The notes: generated by a model from the letters alone, not told the origin. DNA of 64,000 bases from the human T2T-CHM13v2.0 reference genome, Homo sapiens (GCF_009914755.1 NC_060926.1), one strand, 5' to 3'. Positions 1 to 16,312 are shown, counted from the stretch's first letter. Numbers and translations: made by a program.

Positions 1-56
1 TGTCTCAGAATAAATATTTTCAAATATTTTACAGAGTTTGACTCCTTTCATCAACA
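1..56 (+). mobile_element. 3' end of MER4-group (ERV1) LTR
   Basis: ctcagaataaata...caaatattttacagagtttgactcctttcatcaaca resembles the MER4A-type LTR terminus (AATAAA ... CA); truncated by the window edge. Confidence 0.7.
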
Positions 57-765
57 CAAGTCACAGCAAACATCTGTGGCTTGAGCTCTCTGAAGAGGTT
101 TTCAGGAGCTTAGTATTCATACAGTTCCCTAAAGGAGAGAAGGCTATAGGAAGAGGGGAGGGCACGTGTAAAGCAAATGGTTACATTTTTGTGAGACTTT
201 AGTTAGTGCTCAGTAAATCTATATTTTATATAAGGTAAGGTGAATGCCTGAAGAAAAAGGGAGTAAATAAAGACTCAATTATGCACATGTCTCAGGGTAG
301 GTGGAGGAATGATTGATCTCATCTTGTCTTCATTCTGTACCTGGAAGAGAAAATCCTGTACCTGGAAGAGAACAAAGACAAGGTGATGCTCTGGTATCTG
401 GAAGATAAACTTGTAATCCACATTGTCAGTGTGAAATCTAACAGACTTCAGTTTTAGGAGCTAGACTTACATTGCAGACCTAAAGTTACAATTGACATGT
501 CCTTGTTTTATGAGAGGATATACATCTTGAAAAGTTTCAACGCCAGCAAAGAACAATCTGTGAGGGCAGCCATCTGGCCATGCTTGAGGCTTTTTGCCTT
601 TCCATGGGGGGTCTGGCTAATGTACAATGTTTTGATGCCAGTTTGTGCAATAATAGCTACTCACCTGGGAAAAGGATGGAGGTGTTCAGTGACTCCGTGT
701 GCAGGCTTAACTCTCCCTTTAGCATAATGAGTTTGGGGATCTTGAGATTTTTAATTTTTTTTACA
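57..765 (-). mobile_element. MER4-group ERV1 LTR, antisense
   Basis: Reverse complement of 700-765 reads TGTAAAAAAAATTAAAAATCTCAAGATCCCCAAACTCATTATGCTAAAGGGAGAGTTAAGC, similar to the MER4 LTR 5' start. Confidence 0.65.
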
Positions 766-828
766 GCTCCTTGTCAAATATAACATTCTCCTTCATTGCC
801 CTGACTTAGTTTTATATAAAGTGGTGGA

Positions 829-1122
829 ACGCCAAATGTGGTGGCTCATGCATGTCATCCCAGCACTTTGGGAAGCTGAGGCAGGAGGATCGCTTGAGCT
901 CAGGAGTCCAAGACCAGCTGGGCAACATAGGAAGACCCTACCTCTACAGAAAATAAAAAAATTAGCCAGTCATGGTGGTGCATGCCTGTGGTTCCAGTTA
1001 CTCAGGAGCCTGAGGTGGGAGGATTGCTTGAGCCCAGGAGGTTGAAGGCTGCAGTGAGTGGTGTTCATGCCATTGCATTCCAGCTTGCATGGCAGAGCAA
1101 GAAACTGTCTCAAAAAAAAAAA
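829..1122 (+). mobile_element. Alu, J-type
   Basis: Dimeric Alu with ggatcgcttgagc J-like motif, A-rich linker and poly-A tail. Confidence 0.9.
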
Positions 1123-2600
1123 TGTGGAACTGTCTCTTTGTTATACTAATACATGTAGAAATATTGAGTATCTTGAATTAAGCAGCTGCTGTGATCATTA
1201 AAAAAATGTTAGCTTTTTGGATCTCTGTTGAGATAATGTGTGATTCTAGAGGAGGCGCTGCCTATGGTTGTGGTTCTTCTCAACTTTTCCTGTAAGGTAC
1301 ATGACATGGTTGTCAATGTCAATGCACATCAGCTGAACACCTGTCCTTTTATGTCAGGGTTTCTCACCCCAAAGAAGGTGTCAGGAAACCACTGGTCCTA
1401 TTCTCCAGTTCCTAGAAAGACCACTTCCTAGGGTGTAATGACTGAAAAATGGGCATAGAAAAAAAATCTACACTCACCTTTTACCTTTTTAAACTTTCAG
1501 CTGAGTTTGAATCAATATAGGTGAATTGAATTTCTGACCCATTAATAAGTCTCTGGGACTGACCTCTCTTGTTGAATGCAAGGGTTTCCTCTCATGTCAA
1601 AACATGTGAAGTGGGGACAGTCTTGTTGCCTGTTTGCTAGGAGCTGTCCACTCAGGGATGCTGCAGTCATTTTCCCAGTGTTTTCAGCTGGATAGGTCTC
1701 TCTGGGGTTGGTGAGGAAGAGTAATCTTGGCTGAAGTTGAATGCTGGTCTGCACATGCTACATGCAAATGAGGAGCCACTGTCAACAGGGATTGCTCCAG
1801 TAATCTGACAATAGGTGCAAGACTATGACTGCCGCAGTAGATCTGAAAGGAGCCTGGGAGCACAATGAGCCATTGTAAGAGGGAATTCTCCTCAATGGCA
1901 TTCCCATTGAATGGCCCTGCAAAATAAATGTGGATTTTTGCCTTTAGGTCAAAATTAGGTCCTTAGATAATAGTACATGTTTCTCCATTAAAAAAAATTT
2001 TCACAATTATTATAGATACTACCTGCTTCATCAACCCAGGGAGCTCAGGAGTGTTGCCACTGCTCTTCCCCACCACATGGGTCGTAATGGGAAATGGCCA
2101 TTGCTGCCACGAGGCACTCATAGCCTTGGAGGTTCTCTCTTTTTGGTTTGCAATTCCAGATGAAGTTTCCATTATCGTTCAATGGACCACAACTGTGCTG
2201 GGGACTCTGGTGACCAGTCCACACTCATAATTGAGGGACTTGGGTGGGGTCACCCTCCTGCCTTGTAATGTGCCCTCTCTAACTTGGAACCCCTGGGAAC
2301 AGTCTCTCTCTACCAAGATACCTCTAGGCTGTGTAGCACACAAGCAGCTTTCACTAAGCCCATCAAAATGAAATGCTCAGTTGTATTCTTCTCTGGGCAA
2401 GGAATGTCAACTCACCTAAGAAGGTTTCCGCTGTTGTTTCACAAGCCTCCGGGTAGTTGTTGTACATAGACAGAGCAAGCTTTCTTTCAGAGCTCTCTTT
2501 TTTCCTTTTCTTTTCTTTTGTTTTAAATGAACACCATTTCTTCTTTAGTGGCTAATCTAACAGCATTCTTAGAAACAGTGCGTTTCTATTCCCTGGGAAA

Positions 2601-2790
2601 GGTGACGCATGCCTGTAGTCCCAGCTACTCACGAGGCTGAGGCTGGAGAATCACTTGAACCCGGGAAGTGGAGGTTGCAGTGAGCTTAGATCGTGTCACT
2701 GCACTCCAGCCTGGGTGAAAGAGTGAGACTCCATCTCAAAAAACAAACAAACAAACAAACAAATAAATAAATAAATAAATAAGAAAAAAA
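2601..2790 (+). mobile_element. Alu right monomer with (CAAA)n(TAAA)n tail
   Basis: gcctgtagtcccagctactc...gagactccatctcaaaa followed by a microsatellite-like tail. Confidence 0.9.
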
Positions 2791-3982
2791 CCCCAGTAAA
2801 ACAGTGCATATCTTTTGAAATTTCCTTTAGGTTTCTTTTGAGGTTTTTTTTTTTTTTTTTGTCTCTACCCAAAAAAATTGCTGACTTACTATGTGATAAG
2901 GTCATTCATTCTCTCTATCTGTTCTGTTCTGTGATAAAAATCAACCACCCCTAGTGTTTGAACCCACAGGTTAAGTACTTGAGATCCACAATCTTAATCA
3001 GAAGTTATACAATTAGTGATCCATAATTAACATAAAGCCACTAAGCAGAGAATGATTCTCTCTGCTGGAGGGATTGTGTACAGGCCTCCTGAACCCAAGA
3101 GGGAGTTCCTTCAACAATAAAGACTCTCCTTCATGTTATAAAGAGGAACAGAATGTGGGCAGCTAACCTCCTGTTGCCAGCCCTCACCCCTGCCTCACCC
3201 TGCAGCTTAAGAATACTAGAACAAAAAGTCTCAAGCACACATGCCCTGCAGCTTTTACAATTCACACTCCTAGAAGAGACACAGAATAAGGAGAGAAAAA
3301 GATGAATTTCTGCCTAAAATCTCACACACTAGTGACTCCCAGCCTTGTTTTCCAATGGGGGTAGAAGAGTACAGCCTTTAAGGCACTTATAGGTCAACCT
3401 AGTGTTTTGAAGTCTGCAGACTCACATGCTGAAATTCAGAGGTGACACCTCTAAGAGATGATTCCCAGTGAACTACTCACCCAGAGAGTAGGAATGCCGC
3501 TCAGCTGAGAGCACAGGAGACCAGCTGCTGCCACTCGCGTGAGTCAGGGGGTTTGGTTTCTCCTTTTAGGACTCTGCCTCTCAGATGTCACTATTGTCAC
3601 TTGCCTGACAGTCTCCCAGCTAAGGCAGTGCATGTTGGACATTTGGAAATGTTATTTGCATCTCTCCTCTCTAAAAAACCTCCCTGAGTAAGGAAAGAGA
3701 GTATAGAAGGGAATAAGTTTCCTCCAGGACATGACAAGCATAGAACCACAATTATCCTTAAGAGGAAATATTTCAACCAAATGTGATGATCAGAGGCTGA
3801 GGACATTGTGCAAGAATCACAGACTAGTTGGGGTCTTGGCAAGGCTAATGTGAGATGTTCTTTTCTTTGCATTTTCTGTCTATGCTCCCTCCTCTAGGCA
3901 AATTAGACTCTTTCTGTGGTCTTGGGATGACAACACACAACATGGGTCTGGAATGTGCTGTGTCCTGGGCTTTGAGAACATA

Positions 3983-4150
3983 TAGCCGACCCTCTTTATT
4001 CACAGATTCCATCTGCAAATTTGTAAAATTTATTTATAATTATAAAATCAATAGAGGGAAACTTTTTTGGTCATGTATGGACATGCACAGAATGGCCAAA
4101 AAAATTTACTTGACCAACATGCACCTCCCCAGCTGAGGTGGAACAACGCT
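3983..4150 (+). mobile_element. MER82-like (TcMar-Tigger) DNA transposon fragment
   Basis: ttattcacagattcc...aaaatcaata...ggacatgcacagaatggc...cccagctgaggtggaacaa follows the MER82 5' end as recalled. Confidence 0.65.
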
Positions 4151-5659
4151 GGAATTGGGATATTATTATATTGTCTTTTGGGTTTATTGTTTAATTTCTG
4201 CTGGTCTATTTGGATATTGTAATTGGGCATAACAATATGAGAATATTAGGCCATGAATTTTTGCCCCAGTTGCAGAACTGCATTTAACGTCCCTTGGCGA
4301 CCCATTGCAGAGTTATTTGGGAGCCAAAGCTGAACTCTCCCTTCCGAACATAGGAGTAGTGGGTGCTTTTTTAAGGAACAGCCTGAAAATGTGGGAGCAG
4401 GGCTTAGCCAACTAGCTACTGCTCTCTTCTCTCAAAGGAGACAGTCAAGTTCAATCTGCACACAATTTAATTCACAAAGAATCCAGCTTGCAGGGTAGGC
4501 GGAGCAGCTTCAAAACTTCCGGCCTCCTGCTTTATCTTCCTCAAGTGGGCACCTAGTTTAGTGCTTCGTGGATACCTGAGAAATAGGACCTGATGCTGGA
4601 GAAGTGGGCAGATAGTGTGAGGCGCATCTCAGACTCGGTGGCCTGATCAGTGAGTTGAGAATGAGGCTTCATCTGCAGGGGGCACCTGAGGCAGGCAGGC
4701 ACCTGGTTAGAAGGTGCCGTGAAGGGGTGCGGTGCTGTAGGAACTTCAGCCTGATGGTCACATGCACACCCAAGGAGTTGCTTCCAACCAGCTCATTGTG
4801 CGTGAGAGCAGAGGTAATTTCTAGATTCTCCCTGTTAGGGAAGAGGGGCCTCTTCACAGCCAAGGGTCTCACCATTCCAGTTCCTCTTCCATAAGTTGAC
4901 AAACTCCTGTCTCTTAGAAGAGGCTGAGCTGGGGCAAATAGACGGATTCCATGATCAAACTCTTCTCAGACATGCATTAACACGTGGCAGGATGAGAAGT
5001 GGTTTTTATTTCTTCTTTGCATTTTTCATTTGCATATATGATACATTAGAGATTACAGATATCATTTTATATTAAAATACATATGTTATAAGTTATATTA
5101 CATATTTTAACATATTATGATTTTTATTCATTAAAAATATTTAATGCGTTATACATACCATTTTGTATTCAGGAAAAACACATTTAATTTAAAAATAAAT
5201 AGAGTACAGCATTTGCGATTCTGCAAAAGGTAGAGTTGGCATGAAGTTCTGAAGCATTTCATGGGCAATAGAAATTTAAAATTAGGGGGCTAAAGTTTTC
5301 AAAGAGTGATCAATGTTTAGTCTCTGCATGGGTCCACTGAAATCAAACTAGAATTAAACCTAGTCTGGTTCCACAACAGCCTCCTTCCAGATCCCACTGC
5401 AACGTATAATCTTCTAGAACATTCCAAAACCCACTAGTCCACTCAAACCCACAAGCCATCCCTTTATTTCTGTGAACATTACAGGTTTGAATGCTTGTTA
5501 TTCAGCCCTCTTCAAACAGAAGGTAGAATTCTTAAGAACACACTTCACTTTCTTATTCTGCTTCTACTGTGCTGTCCTCAGACTTGTTTCTGTCTGATTC
5601 CACTTACTTTCAATGCTTGGCTGAGACAGTCTGTGCAAGCCAGTGGATAGACGTGAGTG

Positions 5660-5885
5660 TTGTCAGGAAGTGTGGTAAAGTGTTGAAAATGAAGTTTGGA
5701 GCTAGGCTGTTTGGTTTTATACCCCAGTTCCATTCTTTACTAACTTCATGACATTGGGCAAATTATCTGTATGTAAGTTTCCTTGTCCTACAAAGTGTCT
5801 ACAATGCCTACCTACAGGTAGGACTAATCTGAAGAAAGCAGATAATGCCTGTAATATGCTTGGCAAAGAGTCTGCCCTACAGCAA
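5660..5885 (+). mobile_element. MIR
   Basis: MIR core-like cccagttccattctttactaacttcatgacattgggcaaattat. Confidence 0.6.
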
Positions 5886-7369
5886 GCTCCTAAGATTTGG
5901 TCCTTCTCATATATTTAACCAGGACAGAAGAATAATTGATGAGTGATTCTATCTTTAGTAAATGGCAGAACTTTTTAAAAAAGAGCATATATTTTTTATG
6001 CACATATATTTGGGCGCCTCATATGGGCCATGCAACTTGTGCTTCCTATAATACTCAAAGAAAGCTTTGGGAAATCTGCTGAAAAGTTTTCATAGGTAAG
6101 CTATTCCAGCAAGACTAATCACCAGTGGGTGAAACCAAGAGGCCACTGTATGCTTTCAGGGGTACCTAGTGTTTTACTGAAGCAGCTATTGCTCCATGGG
6201 CAACAGCAATTGAGTTAATGCCTGTACAAGGAAAGATTGTACATTAGTATCATTAACCTTGAGTGTAAGTCTTTAAAAATTCATGTGGAATGTTTTTATA
6301 ACCAAATTTGGATTGATAGTATCACTGTGAGTTAGCATCTATCATGCACCCACAATGATGTTGCAGAATTATAGTCCCTAGAAACACCTTGTCACAATTA
6401 TCTGACTGTGAATCTCAAATCCCGCTCTCTTCTGCTTTGTACATAAACAGGATTGCCAGCCGAAAAGTGTTTGGAGCTGCTAAGAGAGTTTGCTTCTCAA
6501 AGGGTGTGTTTTCTCAAGGTGGCTCTTCTTTTGGAAGATTCAATGTATATACTATTGTTTGCATGGGCAAAAAGGGTAACATCAGAACCCAAGGAGGTAT
6601 TGGTGGGATAATTGATTCATCCATTCAAATGTTCTGGGTCAGGCATTCCTTTTCAAACTATTTTCTTTTAATCAGAAATAGCTCTAGAAGGCAACCATAG
6701 CTATACAAAGGACAGAAACTAATAACTTAAAAGGAGAAAAGGAATAAAAGTTGAAACATATCATTTCCTAATATAAATTAGCAAAATCACAGTTATGGAA
6801 TTTTTAGAATTTCTATGGAATTTCCTAGCTCTTTCATTGGGATTAAAATAGAGGCTTTTTGATATTTGGTCTAATGTTCTTACCAAGGATTGCATCTGTC
6901 CTGCTATTTAGGCTTCCAATTCCATCCCCTATCTTACAGCAAATAGCACCAATCCATCATGGAACTCTAACACTGAGCCTGAATGGATTTTCAGTATCCC
7001 TTTCAACAGTGCTTCAGGGAGCCCTTGCCAAAGGATCAGAGTTGGCAACAAGTGAATCTATTAGTCATTTTGATTTTTCTTTCGTCTTCCCTTTTCTATT
7101 TTAATCAGCCGACCACATATTAGTATAGCAACATGTTAAGAAGATGATTTTGAGAAACTGCTATCAGGGAACTTGGTATGTGGCTCTTGGAGTGACAGAG
7201 GTCTGACACTGAATGTGGTTATTGCTGTGAAAATGGAGATGACTGGGAATACAGGAAATTTCTGGTCTGGGTGTGTGTGCACTTGAGAGGCTGGAGAGCA
7301 GGGTGGGTGCAGAAAGCAGGGAGGTAACAAGAAGAAGATGACATCAGAATGTGAGATATAGGGAACTTG

Positions 7370-8720
7370 AAATAGAGAACAATGGCAAAGAGAGCATATA
7401 GGAATGATTTACTTTAACTTTGGATATGATAAGTTGTTAGCTTCAGCAAGAAACTCATCTGTATTTGGATTTCAAAATAACCAGCAATAAAAGCTTAGGT
7501 AGAGGAAAAAGCACTTGGATGGGCTCGAGAAATGCATTGGGAAGCCATCTACCAGGCGGATATGAAATCACGAGGTAAGTGAGACTGTGAGTGGGAACAG
7601 CCAGGCTGCAAAGGAGAGACCTGAGCTGGAAAAGTGAGACCCATGGCTCCGATTGAGTCCTGAGGGATGTCCACAGGGAAATGCTGGGTGGAGGAAGACA
7701 GTCAGCAAAATGAAGCAGAGGAGAGTTTTCTGAGAAGTATTGGCTGCTGAGGAATATATGCAAAAATAGAGTTACTCTCTTTAGTAAATACATATTATAG
7801 AGTCAGAGTGATTAAAAGTGTCCATATCAGAGAAATCAGCAGAAGAGAGAGATCAGACAAATTGGTCACTGGATTTGGCCAAGTTGAGATCGTTGGCGGT
7901 CATAGAATGAAAGACTTGGGTTGCTCTCCATCTTCTTTTCAGACAAGCTGCCTCCATGTTCTCATTTTTCCTGATGTACCTGTTAACTCCATAGAAACCA
8001 TCTCAGGGTAGGCAATAATCACCTCCCTGCACTAGATCCTTAGGCCTCTTCTCATCTAGCCTTTTATCAGCATTTGACACTGTTGACACTCTTTTTAAGC
8101 TCTTTCTTTCTTGGCCTCTGAGCTGCAAAATCTCTTTGTTTTTCTATTAACTGCTTGGCTGCTCTTCCATGCATCTTTGGCCTCTCCGTGGCAGTTCTGT
8201 GTTAAATCTGTCCAAAGCTTTAGGTGCATCCTTCTTCTCACCTTATATTCTCTCTTTGACACCATTTGCATCTGGGGTTAATATCACCATTTAAATACTA
8301 ATAACTCCTATATTTATATCTCCAGTCCTAATTTCTCTTTGAGTCCATTCAGCTGCCTACTCACCTTTTTGCTTGGATGCTTCAAAGTGTCTCTCAATTC
8401 AACATTCTCAAAGGCAAGTTTAAGTTATCCTTTCCACAAAACACAGTGAGCAAATTGGTCCACTTCCTCTGTCTTGTGGCTTAGTAAGTAGCACTGGCAT
8501 CCATTCTGTTGCATAAGCCAAGAACCCAGTAGTCATCTTCACCATCTCTTTTTTTGTCTAATATCAATGTTATCAGGAAGTCTCACTAATTTTATCTCTT
8601 ACCTATCTTTTCTCCACCTCTACTACTACCACCTTCATTCAAGCTATCATTATTTCTCGCCATTGCTACTACAATAACCTTATTACTGATTTTGCTCTTT
8701 CAAACATTGTTCTCAATTCT
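7370..8720. mobile_element. Degenerate L2 fragments (both orientations)
   Basis: L2-like motifs such as atttatatctccagtcc, cagctgcctactc, ctactacaataacct. Confidence 0.55.
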
Positions 8721-8754
8721 TTGATACATTTCTCATTGATCCATGAAGTCTATG

Positions 8755-9244
8755 CTCTATTCCCATGAATCTGCATGCACTTGGGACTGCACTGATCAAA
8801 AGAGTATCATTAAAGTAGCACCACGTGACTTTGGAGCTTGGTCATAAAAAGCAATGCAGCTTTATCTTGCTTGCTGGAGCATTCACGTTAGGAGCCCTGA
8901 GATCGCCATGCCATCAGGAAACCAAGCCATACGGAGAGATCATGTGTAGGCATTCTGGTTGGCAGTTCTAGTCTTTGTGTTATCTTAGCCAAGGCCCAGA
9001 CAAGTGAGTAAGCAAGCTTTTTGATAATTCCAGTTCCTGGCCTTCAAGTCACTCCCAAGTTTTTGATTCTTCCCATCTCAAAGCCCCAGACATTATAGAG
9101 CAGCTATCCACTTTCTCTTTCTACCTTTCACCCTCATGGCCTGTCCAAATTCCAGAAGCATAGAGTCACTTTGCATAATAATAAAGTTGCTGTAAGCTGA
9201 TGTATTTTGAAGTAACTAGTTACGCAGCAACAGTAAGTGAAACA
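8755..9244 (+). mobile_element. MLT1 (ERVL-MaLR) solo LTR
   Basis: Typical MLT1 3' end aataaagttgctgtaagc...gttacgcagcaacagtaagtgaaaca. Confidence 0.7.
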
Positions 9245-9279
9245 CTGATATATCTTATTTATCTTTGTACATTTCTATT

Positions 9280-9830
9280 CCTCTCAATAACTTCCCTACT
9301 TAAAACTCTTCAATTATGTCCCACTGCTCTTAGGCTAAAGATCAAAATTCTGAACCTAGCCTAGAGGACTCCATAAGGCTTCTCCATCCCCATCTTGCAG
9401 CACATACTGTTTTCCAGCCACACTGGCCTGCTTTTGAGTTTTCTGAATTTGCCATACTCCTTCCTGTTATAGCACTTTGCACCGTTCAATGCTCTTTGCT
9501 CCTCTCTCATGCTATTAATGGAAACTCATCTTCAGCTCATGGATTAATTTGGCTTCCTTGGGGAGACTTCCCTTGACTGCACAGTCTAGGTCAACAGAAT
9601 CTAAAATGAATTGAAATGAGAAGCATGAATACATTTTACATGTTGGTTTTTTTTTTGTGTGTTGTTGTTTGTTTGGTTTGTGTCTCTTTCTCATGCAAAA
9701 CTGCCTTACTCTACTAGGGCAGATATCACGTCTGCTTTTGCTTCCAGTAATATTCTTGCTGCATTGCATGGAGCTAAATACATAACACATGACACAAACT
9801 CAGTATATATGTATTTGTAGAATGAAGGAA
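9280..9830 (+). mobile_element. L2 3' fragment
   Basis: ttccagccacactggcctgc and L2 tail-like tttgtagaatgaaggaa. Confidence 0.55.
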
Positions 9831-10019
9831 CAAACCTTTGTGGTCTATTTACAAGGCCAACATCTTTAACCATTGAACTCTATTTAATAGACGGAGGTTG
9901 TGGGAAAGATAGAGAGATGAATCAGTCATAAATCCACCCTTGAGGAAATTGCCAGCCAGTTGGAGAATTAGAAAAGGTACATAAATACCTCTGATGGTTA
10001 AGCTTCTATTACATAACAG

Positions 10020-10215
10020 AGTCTATGCTGGGTGCTTTATATAAACTATTCTATTTATGCTTTAAAATCCCTACAAGGTAGGAATTGATATAACTCTTAT
10101 TTTACAGATTAGAGAACCAAAGCTCAGAGAGAATAAATAACTAGTCCAAGGTTACATAGCTAGTAAGTGACTCAGGTAGGATTCAAAACAAATCTCTGGT
10201 TCTAATAACTGGGCT
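10020..10215 (-). mobile_element. MIR
   Basis: ttttacagattagagaaccaaagctcagaga...gtccaaggttacatagctagtaagtg. Confidence 0.75.
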
Positions 10216-10409
10216 GAAAACATTAGTTTTGTTTTTTTTTTTTTTAATAGAAGATACTTTGAAAGAGCAGAAGTAGGAGATAAAGTAGATTGGATCCAAT
10301 TTTCAAGCTAAGGAATTTTGATTCTATTCTGCAAACAGTAGTAATCTATTAAATGATTTTGAGCAGGACACGGTCATAATCAAAAGTGATTCTTCAGCAC
10401 CATGATAGA

Positions 10410-13440
<3,031 letters not shown>

Positions 13441-13494
13441 GCCTTCTCCCTCACACCCCCGCCCCCACGACTCTCATCACCCACTTTGGGGGAA

Positions 13495-13772
13495 GCCATG
13501 CCATGAGCATCTATACTGAAGCGCAAGATGAGCATCAAGCGAATGAGCTTGGGAGTGAATCCTCCAGTTCCAACCAAGTCCTTTGAGACTGTGGCTCTGG
13601 CCACCAGCTGGACTAACAGCTTATGAGTCAGCCAGATCCAGAACCACCCACCTCGGCTACTCTCAGATTCCTGACCCTCAGGAGCCATGTGAGATAATGA
13701 AGCAAAATGCTCATTGTTTCAAATATCTAAGTTTTGGAAGATAATTTGTCATTCAGCAATATATAATTAATA
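13495..13772 (+). mobile_element. MLT1 LTR fragment
   Basis: cagattcctgaccctcagg...gtgagataat...agttttggaagataatttgtcattcagcaatatataattaata. Confidence 0.65.
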
Positions 13773-14345
13773 TAGGTAGTCACAGGGGAGCTTTTGGGAA
13801 TAATGGAAATGCTGTATATTTTAACAGAGGCATTGGTTATACAGGTTTTTGTCTTTGTCAAAAAATCAGAGATCTGTGAATTTCACTGTATGTAAATTGT
13901 AACTCAATACCATAAAATCTATATATTAAAATATTTAGATTTGGAAAATTTCATCCAATGGAAAAGTTCATGAAAAGGTGAGCATTGGGTTTTTAGAGAC
14001 GAATTTGTGGAAAGTTTTGCATATTTCAGAAATTTCCCAGAATTATGCATGAGTGATTTTTCAAAAAATATAGGTGCAGGATTTGTATGTAAGTATCCAA
14101 CAGACAACACCTGGGGTGATCCTGTGAATGTAGAGGAAGACGTGATCTTAAATGGACCAGGGAAGTAAGACCTTAGGATGTACCAGCCAGCTGAGTGGCA
14201 GGTAATATTGATTCTCATGTTTCACCCCATGTTCGGTCACTTGTGAGCAGATTCTTCAGTTCAATTCTCTGGCTAGTTAATTTGGTCTGGGAGTCACACC
14301 AGAAAATGTTTCTGAAAATAGGTACCTATTGTGAAAAGTATAATC

Positions 14346-14639
14346 CTCTTTGCTATTGTGAGTAGTGCTGCAATAAACATACATGTGCATGTGTCTTTAT
14401 AGCAGCATGATTTATATTCCCTTGGGTATATACCCAGTAATGGGATGGCTGGGTCAAATGATATTTCTGGTTCTAGATCCCTGAGGGGAGCGGGGAGGGA
14501 TAGCATTAGGAGATATACCTAATGTAAATGACGAGTTACTGGGTGCAGCACACCAACGTGGCACATGTATACATATGTAACAAACCTCCACGTTATGCAC
14601 ATGTACCCTAGAACTTAAAGTATAATAAAAAATATATAT
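14346..14639. mobile_element. Short 5'-inverted L1PA insertion
   Basis: Antisense ORF2-end segment about 14346-14486 joined to sense 3'UTR about 14487-14639; flanked by AAAGTATAATC at 14335-14345 and 14640-14650. Confidence 0.88.
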
Positions 14640-15019
14640 AAAGTATAATCATCAAATTGTTAAAATCATGATTCTCATGAAGTAGATTGTGTCTGTTGAA
14701 GTTTAATTAATGAAGGAAACAACAGGATGTCAGGACTGAATCCATAAGGATCTGAGAAACTGGTATTTCCATAAGATGTTAAGATAATATTGATAACTGG
14801 GATACAAAACTGCTTAATGTCCTACAATGTAATAAAACAATTTCTGTTGTGTTTTGCATGAGATAGAAACAAAAATACCTCCCATTGGTCAGTTTTCTAC
14901 AAGATAATCTTTAACTTTACAGGGTTGTAAAATAGCTATGCCTGAATTGTTAGTTAAAACCCCATTTTTTTTTTTAGAGAAAACAATGATCCTTAGACTC
15001 ACTTACTAGAAATATGTTC

Positions 15020-15130
15020 TAGTTTTTTTATAAAAATAAAATAAAATAAATATTTTTATTATAAAATAATAAATATTTTTATAATAAAAATAAAAATAAA
15101 ATAAAAAATATTTATTTTAAATATTTTTTT
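15020..15130. repeat. AT-only low-complexity tract
   Basis: About 110 bp of almost pure A/T. Confidence 0.85.
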
Positions 15131-16312
15131 CAAGCATCAGTATACCTTATTCTTGTTCAACTTGGGGAATGGCCTTATTCAAATTGGGAATCCTCAGCTC
15201 ATCTTTGTCTTTGGCATTCCAGAGAATGAATGTGTTTGGGAAATTGTGTCAGCTGAGCAGTGTATACAGAAAGGGACAGGAGACCACTGAAATGGTTCAG
15301 GTTATAGTTAGATAGTTCCTGCCACTGGTTAGATCAGGAGAGTTAGATGGTTATAGTTAGATAGTTCTTTATGCTGGCAGTGGGAAACAAGAGAAGAGGA
15401 CATATGAGGGAGATGCTCATGTTATTGGGAACAATATTTGGCTCCTGGTAGAACGTTAGGGGCGAGGGAGAAGATTCTAATGTGTTGAGTTCGGGAGCCG
15501 CTGCGCCATTAATAAAACCAGAAACCTTCTACAGTGCTCCAGGTGGGAGCCATTAGCATCAAAGGCGATTCTAAAATCAGTCCTGAAAGCTATTCTATCC
15601 CTTGTTCTGCATGCAGAACAGCTCCTGAGGGCCTGTTGAGGGCCCAGGGAAACTTTGGCCCAGGGCCAAGGAAGGACTGGTGTTCCCTTTTGGTTTAGCT
15701 CTGCTCACAGACAACTGCCCAGAAGGTCCAGGTTCCAAGTCACTGTGCAAGCTGACACGTGTGAGACATAGGAAGCTGTTGGGACTACAGAACCCAGGGA
15801 CTCCAAACCCTGTTTAAGTACCACACCTGAGGGGAAGAAGACCCTGCTTCCCAATTAGTCAGCTGGGTAGAAGGCTGAGGATTTTTGAAAAGAGGTAGTT
15901 GGTTTAGCCTCAGCTTTCTTTAGAATAATATTGTGGTTTGAAAGTGTGCAACCTCCTAGTGTCATCATTTCCTTTTGTCCCTGACAGAACTGTCTTCACG
16001 CTGGAAATAAAAGTATGGGACAGGCTTGAAGCAGAGTTGTGAAGTAGAAGTTTGCTAGGAATCCATTTTTTATCGAAAGCCCCAGGCAACTCTGATTAAT
16101 TTGGTCTGGGAGTCATACATGGAGAAATACTGTTCTAGGAGCTCATTCAGCTAACACCTCTCTCACCTAGAGGTCATGCGGGGAAAGAAATGTGTATTGC
16201 ATTATAATTCATAGTAGACTGTGAATAACTAATAGGAAAAGATTCCTTTCAGCTTCTCCTGTCTAGTTAAGTTCCAGCAGGGACACACCTTTAGCTTAAA
16301 GGAATGCATTTT

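Noticed and set aside
6188-6205. RFX-like near-palindrome ttgctccatgggcaac
   Set aside because: Isolated, imperfect motif with no supporting context
14277-16115. 20-bp direct repeat ttaatttggtctgggagtca 1.8 kb apart
   Set aside because: No element structure between the copies; probably remnants of old repeats or chance
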